Source of the DNA: an uncultured Bacilli bacterium
GTDB lineage: Bacteria > Bacillota_I > Bacilli_A > RF39 > UBA660
DNA length: 64,000 bases
NCBI GenBank assembly: GCA_934162125.1
Contig: CAKPHU010000005.1
Location: 64,528 to 128,527, forward strand
Direction of reading: 5' to 3'
Shown here piece by piece: positions 9,894-20,081 of this stretch (its first letter is position 1; each line of letters starts with the position of its first letter). A model generated the notes under the pieces. That model was given only the letters and a program-made list of their open reading frames with translations, ran no database searches and was not told where the DNA came from. The position numbers and the translations under genes were made by a program.

Positions 9894-12737
9894 CTATAGC
9901 ATTTTTTGTAAGAAAGCTCCTGTGTATGAATTTTTATTTTTAGCTACTTCTTCTGGTGTTCCGGTTGCGACTATTTGACCACCATCGTCTCCACCATTTG
10001 GTCCAAGATCTATAATATAGTCAGCAACTTTGATAACATCAAGGTTATGTTCTATGACAATAACTGTATCATTATTATCTACTATTTTCTCTAAAATTGC
10101 AAGTAAGTGGCGGATGTCTTCAGAATGTAGACCAGTAGTTGGTTCATCTAGGACGAATAAAGTCTTGCCTGTGGCCTTCTTTTGAAGTTCTTTAGCTAGC
10201 TTAACACGTTCTGCTTCACCACCTGATAAAGTTGGAGCACTTTGACCAAGTTTGATGTAGCCTAAACCAACGTCTTCTAAAACTTGAAGTTTACTTTTAA
10301 TTTTAGGAATGTTATCAAAGAACTCGAGAGCTTCACTTACACGCATGTCTAAAACTTCAGCAATATTTTTGCCCTTATATTTTATGTTTAAAGTTTCAGT
10401 ATTATACCTTGTGCCATGACACACTTCACATGGAACATATACATCAGGTAGGAAATGCATTTCAATCTTTTTAACACCATCACCACGGCAAGCTTCACAA
10501 CGGCCACCTTTGACATTGAATGAAAAACGATTCTTTTCAAAGCCATATATCTTAGCATCTTTGGTTGTAGTGAAAAGAGTTCTAATATCATCAAAGACAC
10601 CAGTGTAAGTCGCAGGATTAGAACGAGGTGTTCTACCGATTGGATTTTGAGATATTGCGACTATCTTATCTAGATTATCAATTCCCATAATTTTATCAAA
10701 TTTACCTGGTTTTTCTTTAGACTTGTAAATTTTATTATAAATTTCTTTACAAAGTATTTCATTAATTAAAGTACTCTTTCCACTACCAGAAACACCTGTT
10801 ACACAAGTGAAGGTTCCTAATGGGATATCAACATCAATATTTTTTAAATTATGTTCTTTAGCGCCACGGATTTTCAAATATTTTCCAGCACCTTTTCTTC
10901 TCTTTTTTGGAACTTCAATTCTTTTTTTACCACTTAAGTATTGTCCAGTTAAACTATTTTCATTTTTCATTACTTCTTCTGGTGTTCCAGCAGCAACTAC
11001 TCTACCACCCTTATCGCCAGCACCGGGACCAATATCTACTAAGTAATCAGCTGCTAACATCGTGTCAGTATCATGTTCTACAACGATTAAGGTGTTACCC
11101 AAATCACGCATTTCTAAAAGAGACTTTATTAATTTTTCATTATCTCTTTGATGAAGGCCAATACTTGGTTCATCTAAAACGTATAAGACGCCTGTTAAAT
11201 GAGAACCTATTTGAGTAGCAAGACGAATACGTTGAGCTTCCCCACCTGATAAAGTTCCGGCACTTCTACTTAGGGTTAAGTACTCTAGACCAACATTTGA
11301 TAAGAAGTTTAGACGATCAAGGACTTCTTTAAGAACTAATTTAGCTATTTCTTTCTTTTCTTCTGATAACTTTAAATTAGTAAAGAAAGGAATTAAATTC
11401 TTAATACTCATTTCAGTTACTTCATATATGTTTTTGCCACCTAGTTTTACGGCTAAGACACTATCGTTAAGTCTTGCACCATGGCAAGTTTCACAAGTAT
11501 GTTCAACCATGTAGTGCTCTAACCATTCTCTAATCCAAGTAGAATTAGTTTCTAAGTAACGTCTTTCTAGATTGTTGACAATACCTTCATAATAGTCTTT
11601 AGAATTGTATAGATTACCACTTTTAGACTTGTATTGGAAATGAATTAATTCATCAGAACCATATAAAATATAATTTTTTTGTTCTTTAGTTAGACTTTTC
11701 CAAGACTTAGTCATACTTATTTTGTAGTGTTTGCATAAACATTCTAGTTTTTTATAGTCGAGACCTTCTGGGTCATCAGTTAAAGTTTTAATGCAGCCAT
11801 CAGCAATAGATAATTTTTCATCTGGTATAAGAAGGTCTTCATCTATTTGAAGTTTTACACCTAATCCTTTACAATCAGGACATGCTCCATATGGGGCATT
11901 AAAACTAAATATTCTTGGTTCAAGTTCAGGTAGAGAAAATTCACAGTATGGACATGCAAAGTCTTCAGAAAAGACTAATTCCTTTTTATCTTCTCCTAAT
12001 ATTTCAATTACAACTTTACCATGAGATAATTTAGTAGCAGCTTCTAAAGCTTCAAAAAGACGGCTTCTAGAATCTGATTTTAAAACAATTCTGTCGATTA
12101 CAACATCTATTTTGTCTTTTTTATTTTTTTCTAAAGCTATTTCTTCACTTAGGTCAAGAACTTCGCCATTAACACGAACTCTAGTATAACCTTCTTTTCT
12201 AAGGTCATCTAATAGTTCTTTATGAGTTCCCTTTAAGCCATGAACAACTGGTGACATAATAATCATCTTTGTTCCTTCTGGATACTCCATAATTTTATTA
12301 GTCATTTCTTCTACACTTTGTGAAGTGATAGGAATATGATGAGTTGGACAGTATGGAACACCTACTCTAGCAAAAATAAGACGTAAGTAATCGTATATTT
12401 CCGTAACTGTTCCAACAGTAGAACGAGGATTATTATTAGTTGTCTTCTGATCGATACTAATAGCTGGAGATAGTCCTTCAATGCTATCAACATCTGGCTT
12501 TTCAGAATTGCCTAAAAATTGTCTAGCATAAGCAGATAAACTTTCAACATAACGTCTTTGACCTTCAGCATATATCGTATCAAAAGCAAGACTACTCTTG
12601 CCACTACCAGATAAGCCAGTCATAACTATTAATTTATTTTTGGGTAAAGTTATATCTATATTCTTTAAATTGTTTTCTCTTGCACCTTTTACAATTATTT
12701 CATCCATAGTAATCACCTGTTCCATATTATACCACAA
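9894..12737 (-). CDS. uvrA: Excinuclease ABC subunit A
   Basis: 947 aa. Two ABC ATPase modules (GLSGSGKSSLAFDT, GVSGSGKSTL) and zinc-finger Cys clusters. Confidence 0.97.
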   Translation of the reverse strand: MWYNMEQVITMDEIIVKGARENNLKNIDITLPKNKLIVMTGLSGSGKSSLAFDTIYAEGQRRYVESLSAYARQFLGNSEKPDVDSIEGLSPAISIDQKTTNNNPRSTVGTVTEIYDYLRLIFARVGVPYCPTHHIPITSQSVEEMTNKIMEYPEGTKMIIMSPVVHGLKGTHKELLDDLRKEGYTRVRVNGEVLDLSEEIALEKNKKDKIDVVIDRIVLKSDSRSRLFEALEAATKLSHGKVVIEILGEDKKELVFSEDFACPYCEFSLPELEPRIFSFNAPYGACPDCKGLGVKLQIDEDLLIPDEKLSIADGCIKTLTDDPEGLDYKKLECLCKHYKISMTKSWKSLTKEQKNYILYGSDELIHFQYKSKSGNLYNSKDYYEGIVNNLERRYLETNSTWIREWLEHYMVEHTCETCHGARLNDSVLAVKLGGKNIYEVTEMSIKNLIPFFTNLKLSEEKKEIAKLVLKEVLDRLNFLSNVGLEYLTLSRSAGTLSGGEAQRIRLATQIGSHLTGVLYVLDEPSIGLHQRDNEKLIKSLLEMRDLGNTLIVVEHDTDTMLAADYLVDIGPGAGDKGGRVVAAGTPEEVMKNENSLTGQYLSGKKRIEVPKKRRKGAGKYLKIRGAKEHNLKNIDVDIPLGTFTCVTGVSGSGKSTLINEILCKEIYNKIYKSKEKPGKFDKIMGIDNLDKIVAISQNPIGRTPRSNPATYTGVFDDIRTLFTTTKDAKIYGFEKNRFSFNVKGGRCEACRGDGVKKIEMHFLPDVYVPCEVCHGTRYNTETLNIKYKGKNIAEVLDMRVSEALEFFDNIPKIKSKLQVLEDVGLGYIKLGQSAPTLSGGEAERVKLAKELQKKATGKTLFVLDEPTTGLHSEDIRHLLAILEKIVDNNDTVIVIEHNLDVIKVADYIIDLGPNGGDDGGQIVATGTPEEVAKNKNSYTGAFLQKML

Positions 12738-12811
12738 ATATTAAAGAATATTACGTTTGACTGGCAGTTTTTTTAGATATTTATGTTATATTATTATTAG
12801 GATGTGATTAG

Positions 12812-14254
12812 ATGGATAATATCGTTTTAACAACTTTTATTTTAGGTAATAATAGAATACTTATTAATTGTGACTCAGATGAAGTTGAAGTACGTTATTT
12901 GAGTAGTGTTTCTGATATATATAATGCAAAAGGTAGATATATTTCATTTATTGATAGTAGTGATGGTGTTAGTAACGATTACTTTTCTGTTATTGTAGAT
13001 AAAATAAAACAAGGTGAATTTGACTCTTGTTTTATAAATTATAAGATTAATTATCAATTTAAAAGAGAGTTGAAAGTAAGACATGAAGAGAACGAATTAA
13101 AAAAGAATTGTCCAGTTAATGATTCTTATGTTTGGAATTATGTTTTTAATAAGAGGTTGCTTTTAGAACTTGTAGAAATTGGAGACTTTGAAATAGATAA
13201 TAGTTTATTTTTAGATAAATTTAAAAATAGACAAGTAATAAGCAGAGTATTATATTTCCATCATAGAGAAGGAAGCTATATTAAAATAGCTGGTATGGTT
13301 AATAGACGAGAAGAAGTTTACTATAAGAATATTGTCTATGTAGGAACTTTTTGTAATGGTACTTTTAATGGATATATTACATGGTTGATACAAATTGGGA
13401 AGGCTTTTGATTTTGATATTACTATTTTGTACGATAAGATTACAGAAATTACAAAGAAGAGATTTTCTAAGTACTTTAAGTGTGTTGAATATAATGACAA
13501 AATCAACTATGTTTGTGATAACTTGATAAGTACTTATTCTACTTATTTTTATCCTATGAATATTTATAGTTTAAAAGAGAATAGTCTTTTCATTCATGGA
13601 AATATGGCTGATTATGAAAGAGCTATTAGATTTAAGGATGATATATATGATAGGTACATTGCGGTATCAAAGATTTCACAAGAAAAAGCAAAAGGATATT
13701 TTCCAACAGATAATATAGAGTATATTTATAATCCTTATACTTTTGACAAGAGTGAAATTAAACCTCATTTAAAACTGATTTCAGCTTTTAGAAATGCCCC
13801 AGAAAAAGGAATGGATAGAGTTAAAAAGATGGCTGCTATCTTGGATGAAGAAAAAATTCCTTATACATGGTTAGTATTTACAGATACAGGACATGGTGTA
13901 TTTGGAGGACTTCTAGTTAGAAGTTCCGTAACAAATATTGGAGATTATTTAATGGATGCGGACTATTTAGTACAATTTAGTAGAAGTGAAGCTTTGTCTT
14001 ACTCTTTTACGGAAGCATTAATGGCAGGAGTAAAAATAATGTGTACTGATATTCCGGCAGCTAGAGAAATTGGGGTTGTGAATGGAAATAATGGTTTCTT
14101 AGTTCCTTGGGAAGCTTTTGATGATAATAATAAGGAACAGTTAAGAAAAATAGTTTTAGAAGCTTATAAGAATAAAGATATGAAATTTGAATATAATTAT
14201 GATTATAGTAAATTCCGTGATTATGAAAATGTATTTAGTAAAAATGACTTTTAA
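12812..14254 (+). CDS. Glycosyltransferase-like protein. The C-terminal half is GT4/GT-B Glycos_transf_1-like. The N-terminal region has a GT-A-like DxD segment (YISFIDSSDG).
   Basis: 480 aa. C-terminal motif SRSEALSYSFTEALMAGVKIM matches the E-x7-E region of GT4 enzymes. Divergent from uvrA and convergent with the radical SAM gene. Confidence 0.45.
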   Translation: MDNIVLTTFILGNNRILINCDSDEVEVRYLSSVSDIYNAKGRYISFIDSSDGVSNDYFSVIVDKIKQGEFDSCFINYKINYQFKRELKVRHEENELKKNCPVNDSYVWNYVFNKRLLLELVEIGDFEIDNSLFLDKFKNRQVISRVLYFHHREGSYIKIAGMVNRREEVYYKNIVYVGTFCNGTFNGYITWLIQIGKAFDFDITILYDKITEITKKRFSKYFKCVEYNDKINYVCDNLISTYSTYFYPMNIYSLKENSLFIHGNMADYERAIRFKDDIYDRYIAVSKISQEKAKGYFPTDNIEYIYNPYTFDKSEIKPHLKLISAFRNAPEKGMDRVKKMAAILDEEKIPYTWLVFTDTGHGVFGGLLVRSSVTNIGDYLMDADYLVQFSRSEALSYSFTEALMAGVKIMCTDIPAAREIGVVNGNNGFLVPWEAFDDNNKEQLRKIVLEAYKNKDMKFEYNYDYSKFRDYENVFSKNDF

Positions 14255-14263
14255 TATTTTACA

Positions 14264-15103
14264 TTAAAAGTCATTTTTGTTTTTATAAGTACATGATGCG
14301 CATAAAGGTTCTGATGGTTTATGGTTTTGAAATGATTTTTTTAGTTTTTGGTATCGTTCTGTTGCCATAATATTTTCTAGAGTATCAGTATAGATGTTAC
14401 CTAGATTAATAATACCTGAAGCATCTAGACAACAAGGTACTACCGTACCATCAACTAGAATAGCTAGATGAGTTTTTAGGGCATGACAATAACCATTTGA
14501 TTTTTCTTCTGTTACCGTAGGCCAGATAAACTCATTATCTTTATCCACATAAATATTGGAAGAAATTTTAACGTTTTGTTCTTTATAAAGTTTATCCACA
14601 ATTTGTGGGGATAAATTGTAGTAGTCTTTTAACTTTTCCACTATTTCTGTGGATTTTTTATCTAAAGTAGAATTACTTAAAGTCCATAGTCTATAAATTA
14701 CAGTAATGTCTTTAGGTAATTTATCAACACTTTGAAAAATGTTTTCAAAATAATTTGGATAGTTATTTTCAGAGTGAAGAGAAAAATTTACTTTTTTTAG
14801 AGCTTTAGAATTTTTTAAGTCATCTATTCTTTGAGAAAAAAGGGTTCCATTAGTAGTTAGATTTACTTTTAAGTCATTTTCTTCTGCTATTTTTAGAAAC
14901 TCTTTCAAGTCTTTATGAAGGAGTGGCTCTCCTTTGACATGAAGATAGATGTAGTCAGTATGAGATTTTATTTTAGAGATGATATTTTTAAATTCTTCAA
15001 TTGTCATAGTTCTTTTTGGTTTAGATGTTTTACTACAAAAACGGCAAGAAAGATTACAGCAATTCGTTATTTCAATATAGATTTTTTTAAAGGTCTTTTT
15101 CAT
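14264..15103 (-). CDS. Radical SAM protein with a C-terminal SPASM/twitch-type Cys cluster
   Basis: N-terminal CNLSCRFC (CxxxCxxC) and a C-terminal Cys-rich segment [14 protein letters not shown]...CASC. Its start overlaps the uvrB stop by 17 nt, so it is probably co-transcribed with uvrB. Confidence 0.75.
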   Translation of the reverse strand: MKKTFKKIYIEITNCCNLSCRFCSKTSKPKRTMTIEEFKNIISKIKSHTDYIYLHVKGEPLLHKDLKEFLKIAEENDLKVNLTTNGTLFSQRIDDLKNSKALKKVNFSLHSENNYPNYFENIFQSVDKLPKDITVIYRLWTLSNSTLDKKSTEIVEKLKDYYNLSPQIVDKLYKEQNVKISSNIYVDKDNEFIWPTVTEEKSNGYCHALKTHLAILVDGTVVPCCLDASGIINLGNIYTDTLENIMATERYQKLKKSFQNHKPSEPLCASCTYKNKNDF

Positions 15104-17054
15104 TGGTTCCTAACTTCATTTCAAATAAGATGTCACGCAATTCCATAGCTCTTTCAAAATCTAAGTTCTTAGCTGCTTCACGCATTTCTCTTTCGACATT
15201 ATCAATCATTAGAGCAAGTTCTTTCTTAGTTGGTTTCTTAGTCTTTTCTTTCTTAGTATCATCAACGTTAGTAATAACATCACGAATTTCTTTAATTATT
15301 GTTTTAGGTACAATACCATGTTCTTTATTGTATTCCTCTTGAATATGACGACGACGAGCTGTTTCAGTGATAGCTTCATTCATAGAATCAGTTATTTTAT
15401 CACCGTACATTATAACATGTCCGTTAGCATTTCTAGCACAACGTCCGATAGTTTGAATTAAACTTCTAGTACTTCTTAAGAATCCTTCTTTATCAGCATC
15501 TAGAATCGCAATTAAAGATACTTCAGGTATATCAAGACCTTCTCTTAATAAGTTAATTCCAACAAGAACATCATATTTGCCACTACGTAAGTCATGAATT
15601 ATTTGAAGTCTTTGAAGTGTTTTAACTTCAGCATGTAGGTAAGCAACTTTAATATCTAATTCTTTTAAGTAGTTAGTCAATTCTTCAGCCATACGAATAG
15701 TTAACGTTGTGACTAAAACTTTTTCTTTTTTAGCAATGCGATCATTTATCTCAGATACTAAGTCATCTATTTGTCCTTCAGTTTTACGAACTTCAATAGT
15801 TGGGTCCAGAAGACCAGTTGGTCTAATTATTTGTTCAACAAACTCGCCATGTGTATCGGCCAACTCTTTATCACCAGGTGTTGCGGAAACATAAATTACT
15901 TGATTTATCTTCTGTTCAAACTCTTCATATTTTAAAGGTCTATTATCAAGCGCACTAGGCAATCTGAAACCATAATCAACAAGATTCTGTTTACGGGCTC
16001 TATCACCATTAAACATGCCTTTTACTTGAGGAAGAGTAACATGAGATTCATCTACTACTAATAAGTAATCTTTTGGGAAAAAGTCCATTAAAGTAGTTGG
16101 TGTTTCTCCTCTTTTACGACCAGCCATAGGAGCAGAATAGTTTTCAACCCCAGAGCAAAAGCCAGTCTCTTCAAGCATTTCAATATCATAGTTAGTTCTT
16201 TGCTCTAGACGTTCAGCTGCTAGAAGTTTATTTTCTGATTTTAGTTCAGCTAGACGTTCTTCTAGTTCTACTTTGATACGTTCAATTCCTTGATGAAGTT
16301 TTTCATCACTAACAACGAAGTGACTAGCGGGAAAGATACTAACATTTTTCATACTACTTATAATGTGACCAGTTAAGGTATCTATTTCACTAATACGATC
16401 TATTTCATCGTCAAAGAATTCAATACGATATCCCGTTGTCTTTTGATTGGCAGGAATTATTTCTAAGACGTCTCCACGAACACGAAAAGTACCACGTTTA
16501 AAGTCAAGGTCATTACGTTCATATAACATATCTACTAGTTTTTCTAAGACTTTATTTCTTTCTATTTTTTCTCCAGTAGATAGAGTTAACATTTTACTTT
16601 TGTATTCCTCTACTTCACCAATACCATATATGCAGGAAACGGAAGCAACAACAATAACATCTTTTCTAGATAAAAGTGCAGAAGTTGCGGCATGACGTAA
16701 TTCATCTATTTCATCATTAATTGATGAGTCTTTTTCAATATAAGTATCAGTAGATGGAACATAAGCTTCTGGTTGATAGTAATCGTAATATGAAACAAAG
16801 TACTCTACTTTATTTTCAGGAAATAGCTCTTTAAGCTCAGAATAAAGTTGACCAGCAAGAGTCTTATTATGAGCAAGCACTAAAGTAGTTTTATTAGTTT
16901 GGGCTATAACATTGGCAATAGTAAAAGTCTTACCTGTTCCAGTTGCACCTAGTAGGACTTGTTCTTTTTTACCTGCATTTAGGCCATCTACAAGTTCTTT
17001 GATAGCTTCTGGTTGATCTCCTGATGGTGAATATTTTGAAACTAGTTTAAACAT
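15087..17054 (-). CDS. uvrB: Excinuclease ABC subunit B
   Basis: 655 aa. Walker A GATGTGKT, helicase motifs and a UvrB C-terminal UVR domain. Confidence 0.97.
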   Translation of the reverse strand: MFKLVSKYSPSGDQPEAIKELVDGLNAGKKEQVLLGATGTGKTFTIANVIAQTNKTTLVLAHNKTLAGQLYSELKELFPENKVEYFVSYYDYYQPEAYVPSTDTYIEKDSSINDEIDELRHAATSALLSRKDVIVVASVSCIYGIGEVEEYKSKMLTLSTGEKIERNKVLEKLVDMLYERNDLDFKRGTFRVRGDVLEIIPANQKTTGYRIEFFDDEIDRISEIDTLTGHIISSMKNVSIFPASHFVVSDEKLHQGIERIKVELEERLAELKSENKLLAAERLEQRTNYDIEMLEETGFCSGVENYSAPMAGRKRGETPTTLMDFFPKDYLLVVDESHVTLPQVKGMFNGDRARKQNLVDYGFRLPSALDNRPLKYEEFEQKINQVIYVSATPGDKELADTHGEFVEQIIRPTGLLDPTIEVRKTEGQIDDLVSEINDRIAKKEKVLVTTLTIRMAEELTNYLKELDIKVAYLHAEVKTLQRLQIIHDLRSGKYDVLVGINLLREGLDIPEVSLIAILDADKEGFLRSTRSLIQTIGRCARNANGHVIMYGDKITDSMNEAITETARRRHIQEEYNKEHGIVPKTIIKEIRDVITNVDDTKKEKTKKPTKKELALMIDNVEREMREAAKNLDFERAMELRDILFEMKLGTNEKDL

Positions 17055-17146
17055 AAGGCACCTCCTAAACTTAGTATTTTTTATTTTAGTATTAATATAC
17101 TAATAAATAATAATTCTTATATATTATAACATAGTAAAAGAACTTA

Positions 17147-18070
17147 TTATGAAATATTAAAAAGTTCTTGTATAGCTTTTTTATAAATGTCTTTGGCAAT
17201 ATTATAACCATCTTTATTTTCTTTAATTAAATTATCTGTCATAATACCACTGTTTACTTCTAAAACATAGTATTTGTTTTCCGTAGTTTTAATTATATCA
17301 ATACTTACAAAGCCAGTGGTTACTTTTAAAAAGTTTTGAATAGTTGAGACTATATCTTCTTTTATTTTAGGCGAAATATCAAAACTCATTTTGGCACCAC
17401 GTGATAAGTTGAATTTCCAATCGTAAGTATATTTTTCATCTTTTGCTAGAACTTTATCTTTATTTTCATCATCGTAATCAGCAAAATATTCTTGATTAAA
17501 CTCTATTAATAAATCTTTAATAGTACTTTTTCCATCACCAATAATTTCTGGTTTTATTTTTTTATACATTAGAACTACTTCGCCATTTAGGACAATTAGT
17601 CGATATTCATTTAAAGCTTCATAGTAAGGACAAACGCTTAAAGCATGATGTTTTTTAGATAGTTCATGATACTTAGAATTAAGTTCCTTGAAGTTCTTGT
17701 AGTGATAGACATCTCGACCACAGGCACCATTATTTATTTTTAGAACGACATCTTTTTGATATTTTTCAAAGAGTTTTTTTAGATATGTTGTGCCTTTAAA
17801 TTTTTTGGCATATTCTTCTTTAAAACTGTCGCTATAAATTAGTTCATGTTCAACTGCTGGTATGTTTAAATAATTTAGATATTCATAAGTTGCATATTTA
17901 TCGTCATAGATGATACCTAAAGAATGAGTATTATTGTCAAATTTATAGCCAGAAATAGTCTTTACTTGACTTTTATACGATAAGATCATTATCCAGTTTT
18001 TGGAAATATAAGTGTAGTCAATTGATAATTCATCGCAGATTTCTTCGATTATTTTGTTAAATGTGGGCAT
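17147..18070 (-). CDS. Putative ATP-grasp fold protein
   Basis: 307 aa. The central KINNGACGRDV and IIGDGKSTIKDLL segments resemble ATP-grasp ligases (RimK/Ddl-like). Tentative. Confidence 0.35.
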   Translation of the reverse strand: MPTFNKIIEEICDELSIDYTYISKNWIMILSYKSQVKTISGYKFDNNTHSLGIIYDDKYATYEYLNYLNIPAVEHELIYSDSFKEEYAKKFKGTTYLKKLFEKYQKDVVLKINNGACGRDVYHYKNFKELNSKYHELSKKHHALSVCPYYEALNEYRLIVLNGEVVLMYKKIKPEIIGDGKSTIKDLLIEFNQEYFADYDDENKDKVLAKDEKYTYDWKFNLSRGAKMSFDISPKIKEDIVSTIQNFLKVTTGFVSIDIIKTTENKYYVLEVNSGIMTDNLIKENKDGYNIAKDIYKKAIQELFNIS

Positions 18071-18139
18071 ACTTTCACCTGCTTTCTAAGTATATATTAT
18101 ACAATAAAATACGTAAAAAAAAGAACTATAAAGTTCTCC

Positions 18140-18436
18140 TTAGTTATTGAATGTTTGAGCAACGTCTTTATCAGTATCGATATTTCTATTAGTAACTTCA
18201 GCAATATGATTTACCATTGCGATTACTTTATCATAGAATACTTGATAATTCTTTCTTAGCTCTTCATAACGTCCATTTGAAACGTCTGCTCCAGAACTTT
18301 GCCAATTTTCTCCAAATAATTCTGTCATGCTTCTATCAACGTTATTAAATATTTCTAACATATCGTTAGCATCTGATTGAATAGTTGTTGCTAAAGAATA
18401 TGCTTGTTCATAATCTTTCTCTTCAAATTCGTTCAT
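18140..18436 (-). CDS. WXG100/ESAT-6-like small helical protein (paralog of 44274-44570)
   Basis: 98 aa, helix-turn-helix sized, with ENWQSSGA near the centre. Alignable to the 44274 ORF. Confidence 0.55.
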   Translation of the reverse strand: MNEFEEKDYEQAYSLATTIQSDANDMLEIFNNVDRSMTELFGENWQSSGADVSNGRYEELRKNYQVFYDKVIAMVNHIAEVTNRNIDTDKDVAQTFNN

Positions 18437-18446
18437 ACTTTACCTC

Positions 18447-18749
18447 CTAATCAAATAAATTTTGAGCACGAACTGTTGATTCTTGTTCATTTTCATCAAA
18501 TCTTTGTGCACCACTCATTATTTTTTCACCAAATTCGTTTAATAATTCTTTAAACTCATTTAAGTTTTGAACTTGATTATCTACTTGAGTACTGAATTCA
18601 GTAGCAGCTGGTCCTCTCCAAATTTCCATTAAACTTTCTTTATGAGATTTTAAATCAGTTATTTTGCCATTAAATTCTTCTGCATCTCTTACTGTTGAAT
18701 TTCCATTGTCATACATATCATTAGTATTAACTTTTAAACCGTTTTGCAT
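18447..18749 (-). CDS. WXG100 family protein (EsxA-like; paralog of 44570-44878)
   Basis: 100 aa with the canonical central motif EIWRGPAATEF (W-x-G...A..F). Confidence 0.7.
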   Translation of the reverse strand: MQNGLKVNTNDMYDNGNSTVRDAEEFNGKITDLKSHKESLMEIWRGPAATEFSTQVDNQVQNLNEFKELLNEFGEKIMSGAQRFDENEQESTVRAQNLFD

Positions 18750-18825
18750 AATTAACCTCCTATCATTAATTACATTTTAGCATAGTATTTTTTTTAATTA
18801 AAGTTTTTTAACGTTTGTTTACATA

Positions 18826-19746
18826 TTATTCGCCAACAAAATAAGTTTTCCATAAGTATTGAGCATCTTTAACTGTTGGAGCGTTATTAATTAAGTCTTT
18901 TACTAGTAGAGCTTGTGAATTTGTATAGCCAGATCCTTCAGTCATTTCAGCAATGGCAAAGTCCATTTGAACATCTACATTACTTGGATCAAGACCTTTT
19001 TCCTCTGCAAATTTAAATAGATTTGCTTTTCTTTCATCGTTCCATTTAAAGATTCCGTATCCATTACCATTTTCAGCAATTGTGGAAGTAACATTAGTAC
19101 CATCTTTAGCTTCATTGATAATACCTTTGATAGCTTGATCTGTGAAACCATTTTCTCCGAACTTATTAGTAATATTAGATTCAACTGTACTATCAATTGT
19201 AGTGTCTGTTCCAATTGGAGTTGTAACTTCTCCTGGATCGTCAGCATCATCTTCTGGTTCTGGTGTTGTATCTGGTTCAGAATAATCAGAGCCTCCAGCG
19301 TCTCCTCCAGAGTAACTTCCTCCAGATGATCCACCATAGCTACCACCTGAAGAACCACTATAACCACCGCTTGAGCTATCATAATAACCATCTGATGTAG
19401 CAGTACTATCAGCATTTACACCATCTGTTGCTTCTGTCTCTAGAGCAGTTTCTGCTTCGCTGATATAATCTTCGAATTTAAATACCATTGAACTTTGTAA
19501 GTCTTCTTGGGTATTCATTACATCAGTTATAAAACTAGATGCAGCTTTTACTTTTTGACCAGCCATAGAAATGTTATTTGCTATAGCTTGAGCAGCACCT
19601 CTGAAATTAAATTCAGCACTATCGATTGCATTAGCAGCTACAGAAGTAGCTAGTTCATCAAATTGACTAGAAAGGCTTTCTAATCCAGTTACTGCCTCTG
19701 TTAATTTTTGTGAATCCGTTTTAAAAATATTTCCCAACAATGACAT
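18826..19746 (-). CDS. Modular effector-like protein: WXG/LXG-type helical N-domain, Gly/Ser-rich linker, and a C-terminal phage-tail-lysozyme-like (Phage_lysozyme2-type) cell-wall hydrolase domain
   Basis: 306 aa. Helical N-terminus, then (GGYSGSSGGSYGGSSGG) low complexity, then a C-terminus GIFKWNDERKANLFKFAEEKG...MDFAIAEMTEGSGY resembling the GLFQWN-type lysozyme domain. Confidence 0.55.
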   Translation of the reverse strand: MSLLGNIFKTDSQKLTEAVTGLESLSSQFDELATSVAANAIDSAEFNFRGAAQAIANNISMAGQKVKAASSFITDVMNTQEDLQSSMVFKFEDYISEAETALETEATDGVNADSTATSDGYYDSSSGGYSGSSGGSYGGSSGGSYSGGDAGGSDYSEPDTTPEPEDDADDPGEVTTPIGTDTTIDSTVESNITNKFGENGFTDQAIKGIINEAKDGTNVTSTIAENGNGYGIFKWNDERKANLFKFAEEKGLDPSNVDVQMDFAIAEMTEGSGYTNSQALLVKDLINNAPTVKDAQYLWKTYFVGE

Positions 19747-19768
19747 AATACTTTCCCCTTTCTATCTT

Positions 19769-20071
19769 TTAAACACCATCTATATTTGTTCCAACTTCAT
19801 TATCCGTTTTAGCATATTCGGTAGCCGTATCTTTTAAATAATTTGAGAAGTTAGTTAAATCAGCAACATCTTCTAGAATTCCACCAATATCTTCTTGCCA
19901 TGCTTCTACTAGGCTATCAGCTGCTTTTCCTGATAATAGATTATTGTTATAAATATTACTTAACTCTGTATTTGCATTTTGAAGCATAGTATTTAATTTT
20001 TCTTTACTAGATTCAATTGTACTTGCTCCCTTATCAAAAAGAGAATAATCTTTTGCTTCGAAATCAGTCAT
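19769..20071 (-). CDS. LXG/WXG-like small helical protein. Homologous to the N-terminal domain of the 46199-47008 protein.
   Basis: 100 aa. NLLSGKAADSLVEAWQ aligns with VFMGPVAEECVNLI of 46199-47008, an (L/F)xG motif. Confidence 0.5.
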   Translation of the reverse strand: MTDFEAKDYSLFDKGASTIESSKEKLNTMLQNANTELSNIYNNNLLSGKAADSLVEAWQEDIGGILEDVADLTNFSNYLKDTATEYAKTDNEVGTNIDGV

Positions 20072-20081
20072 CTTATCACCT

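Noticed and set aside
18975-19415. 146-aa minus-strand ORF and 64-aa plus-strand ORF (19135-19329) inside the cassette A lysozyme-effector gene
   Set aside because: They are alternative frames across the Gly/Ser-linker-encoding low-complexity DNA. They have no SD and overlap a better-supported gene.
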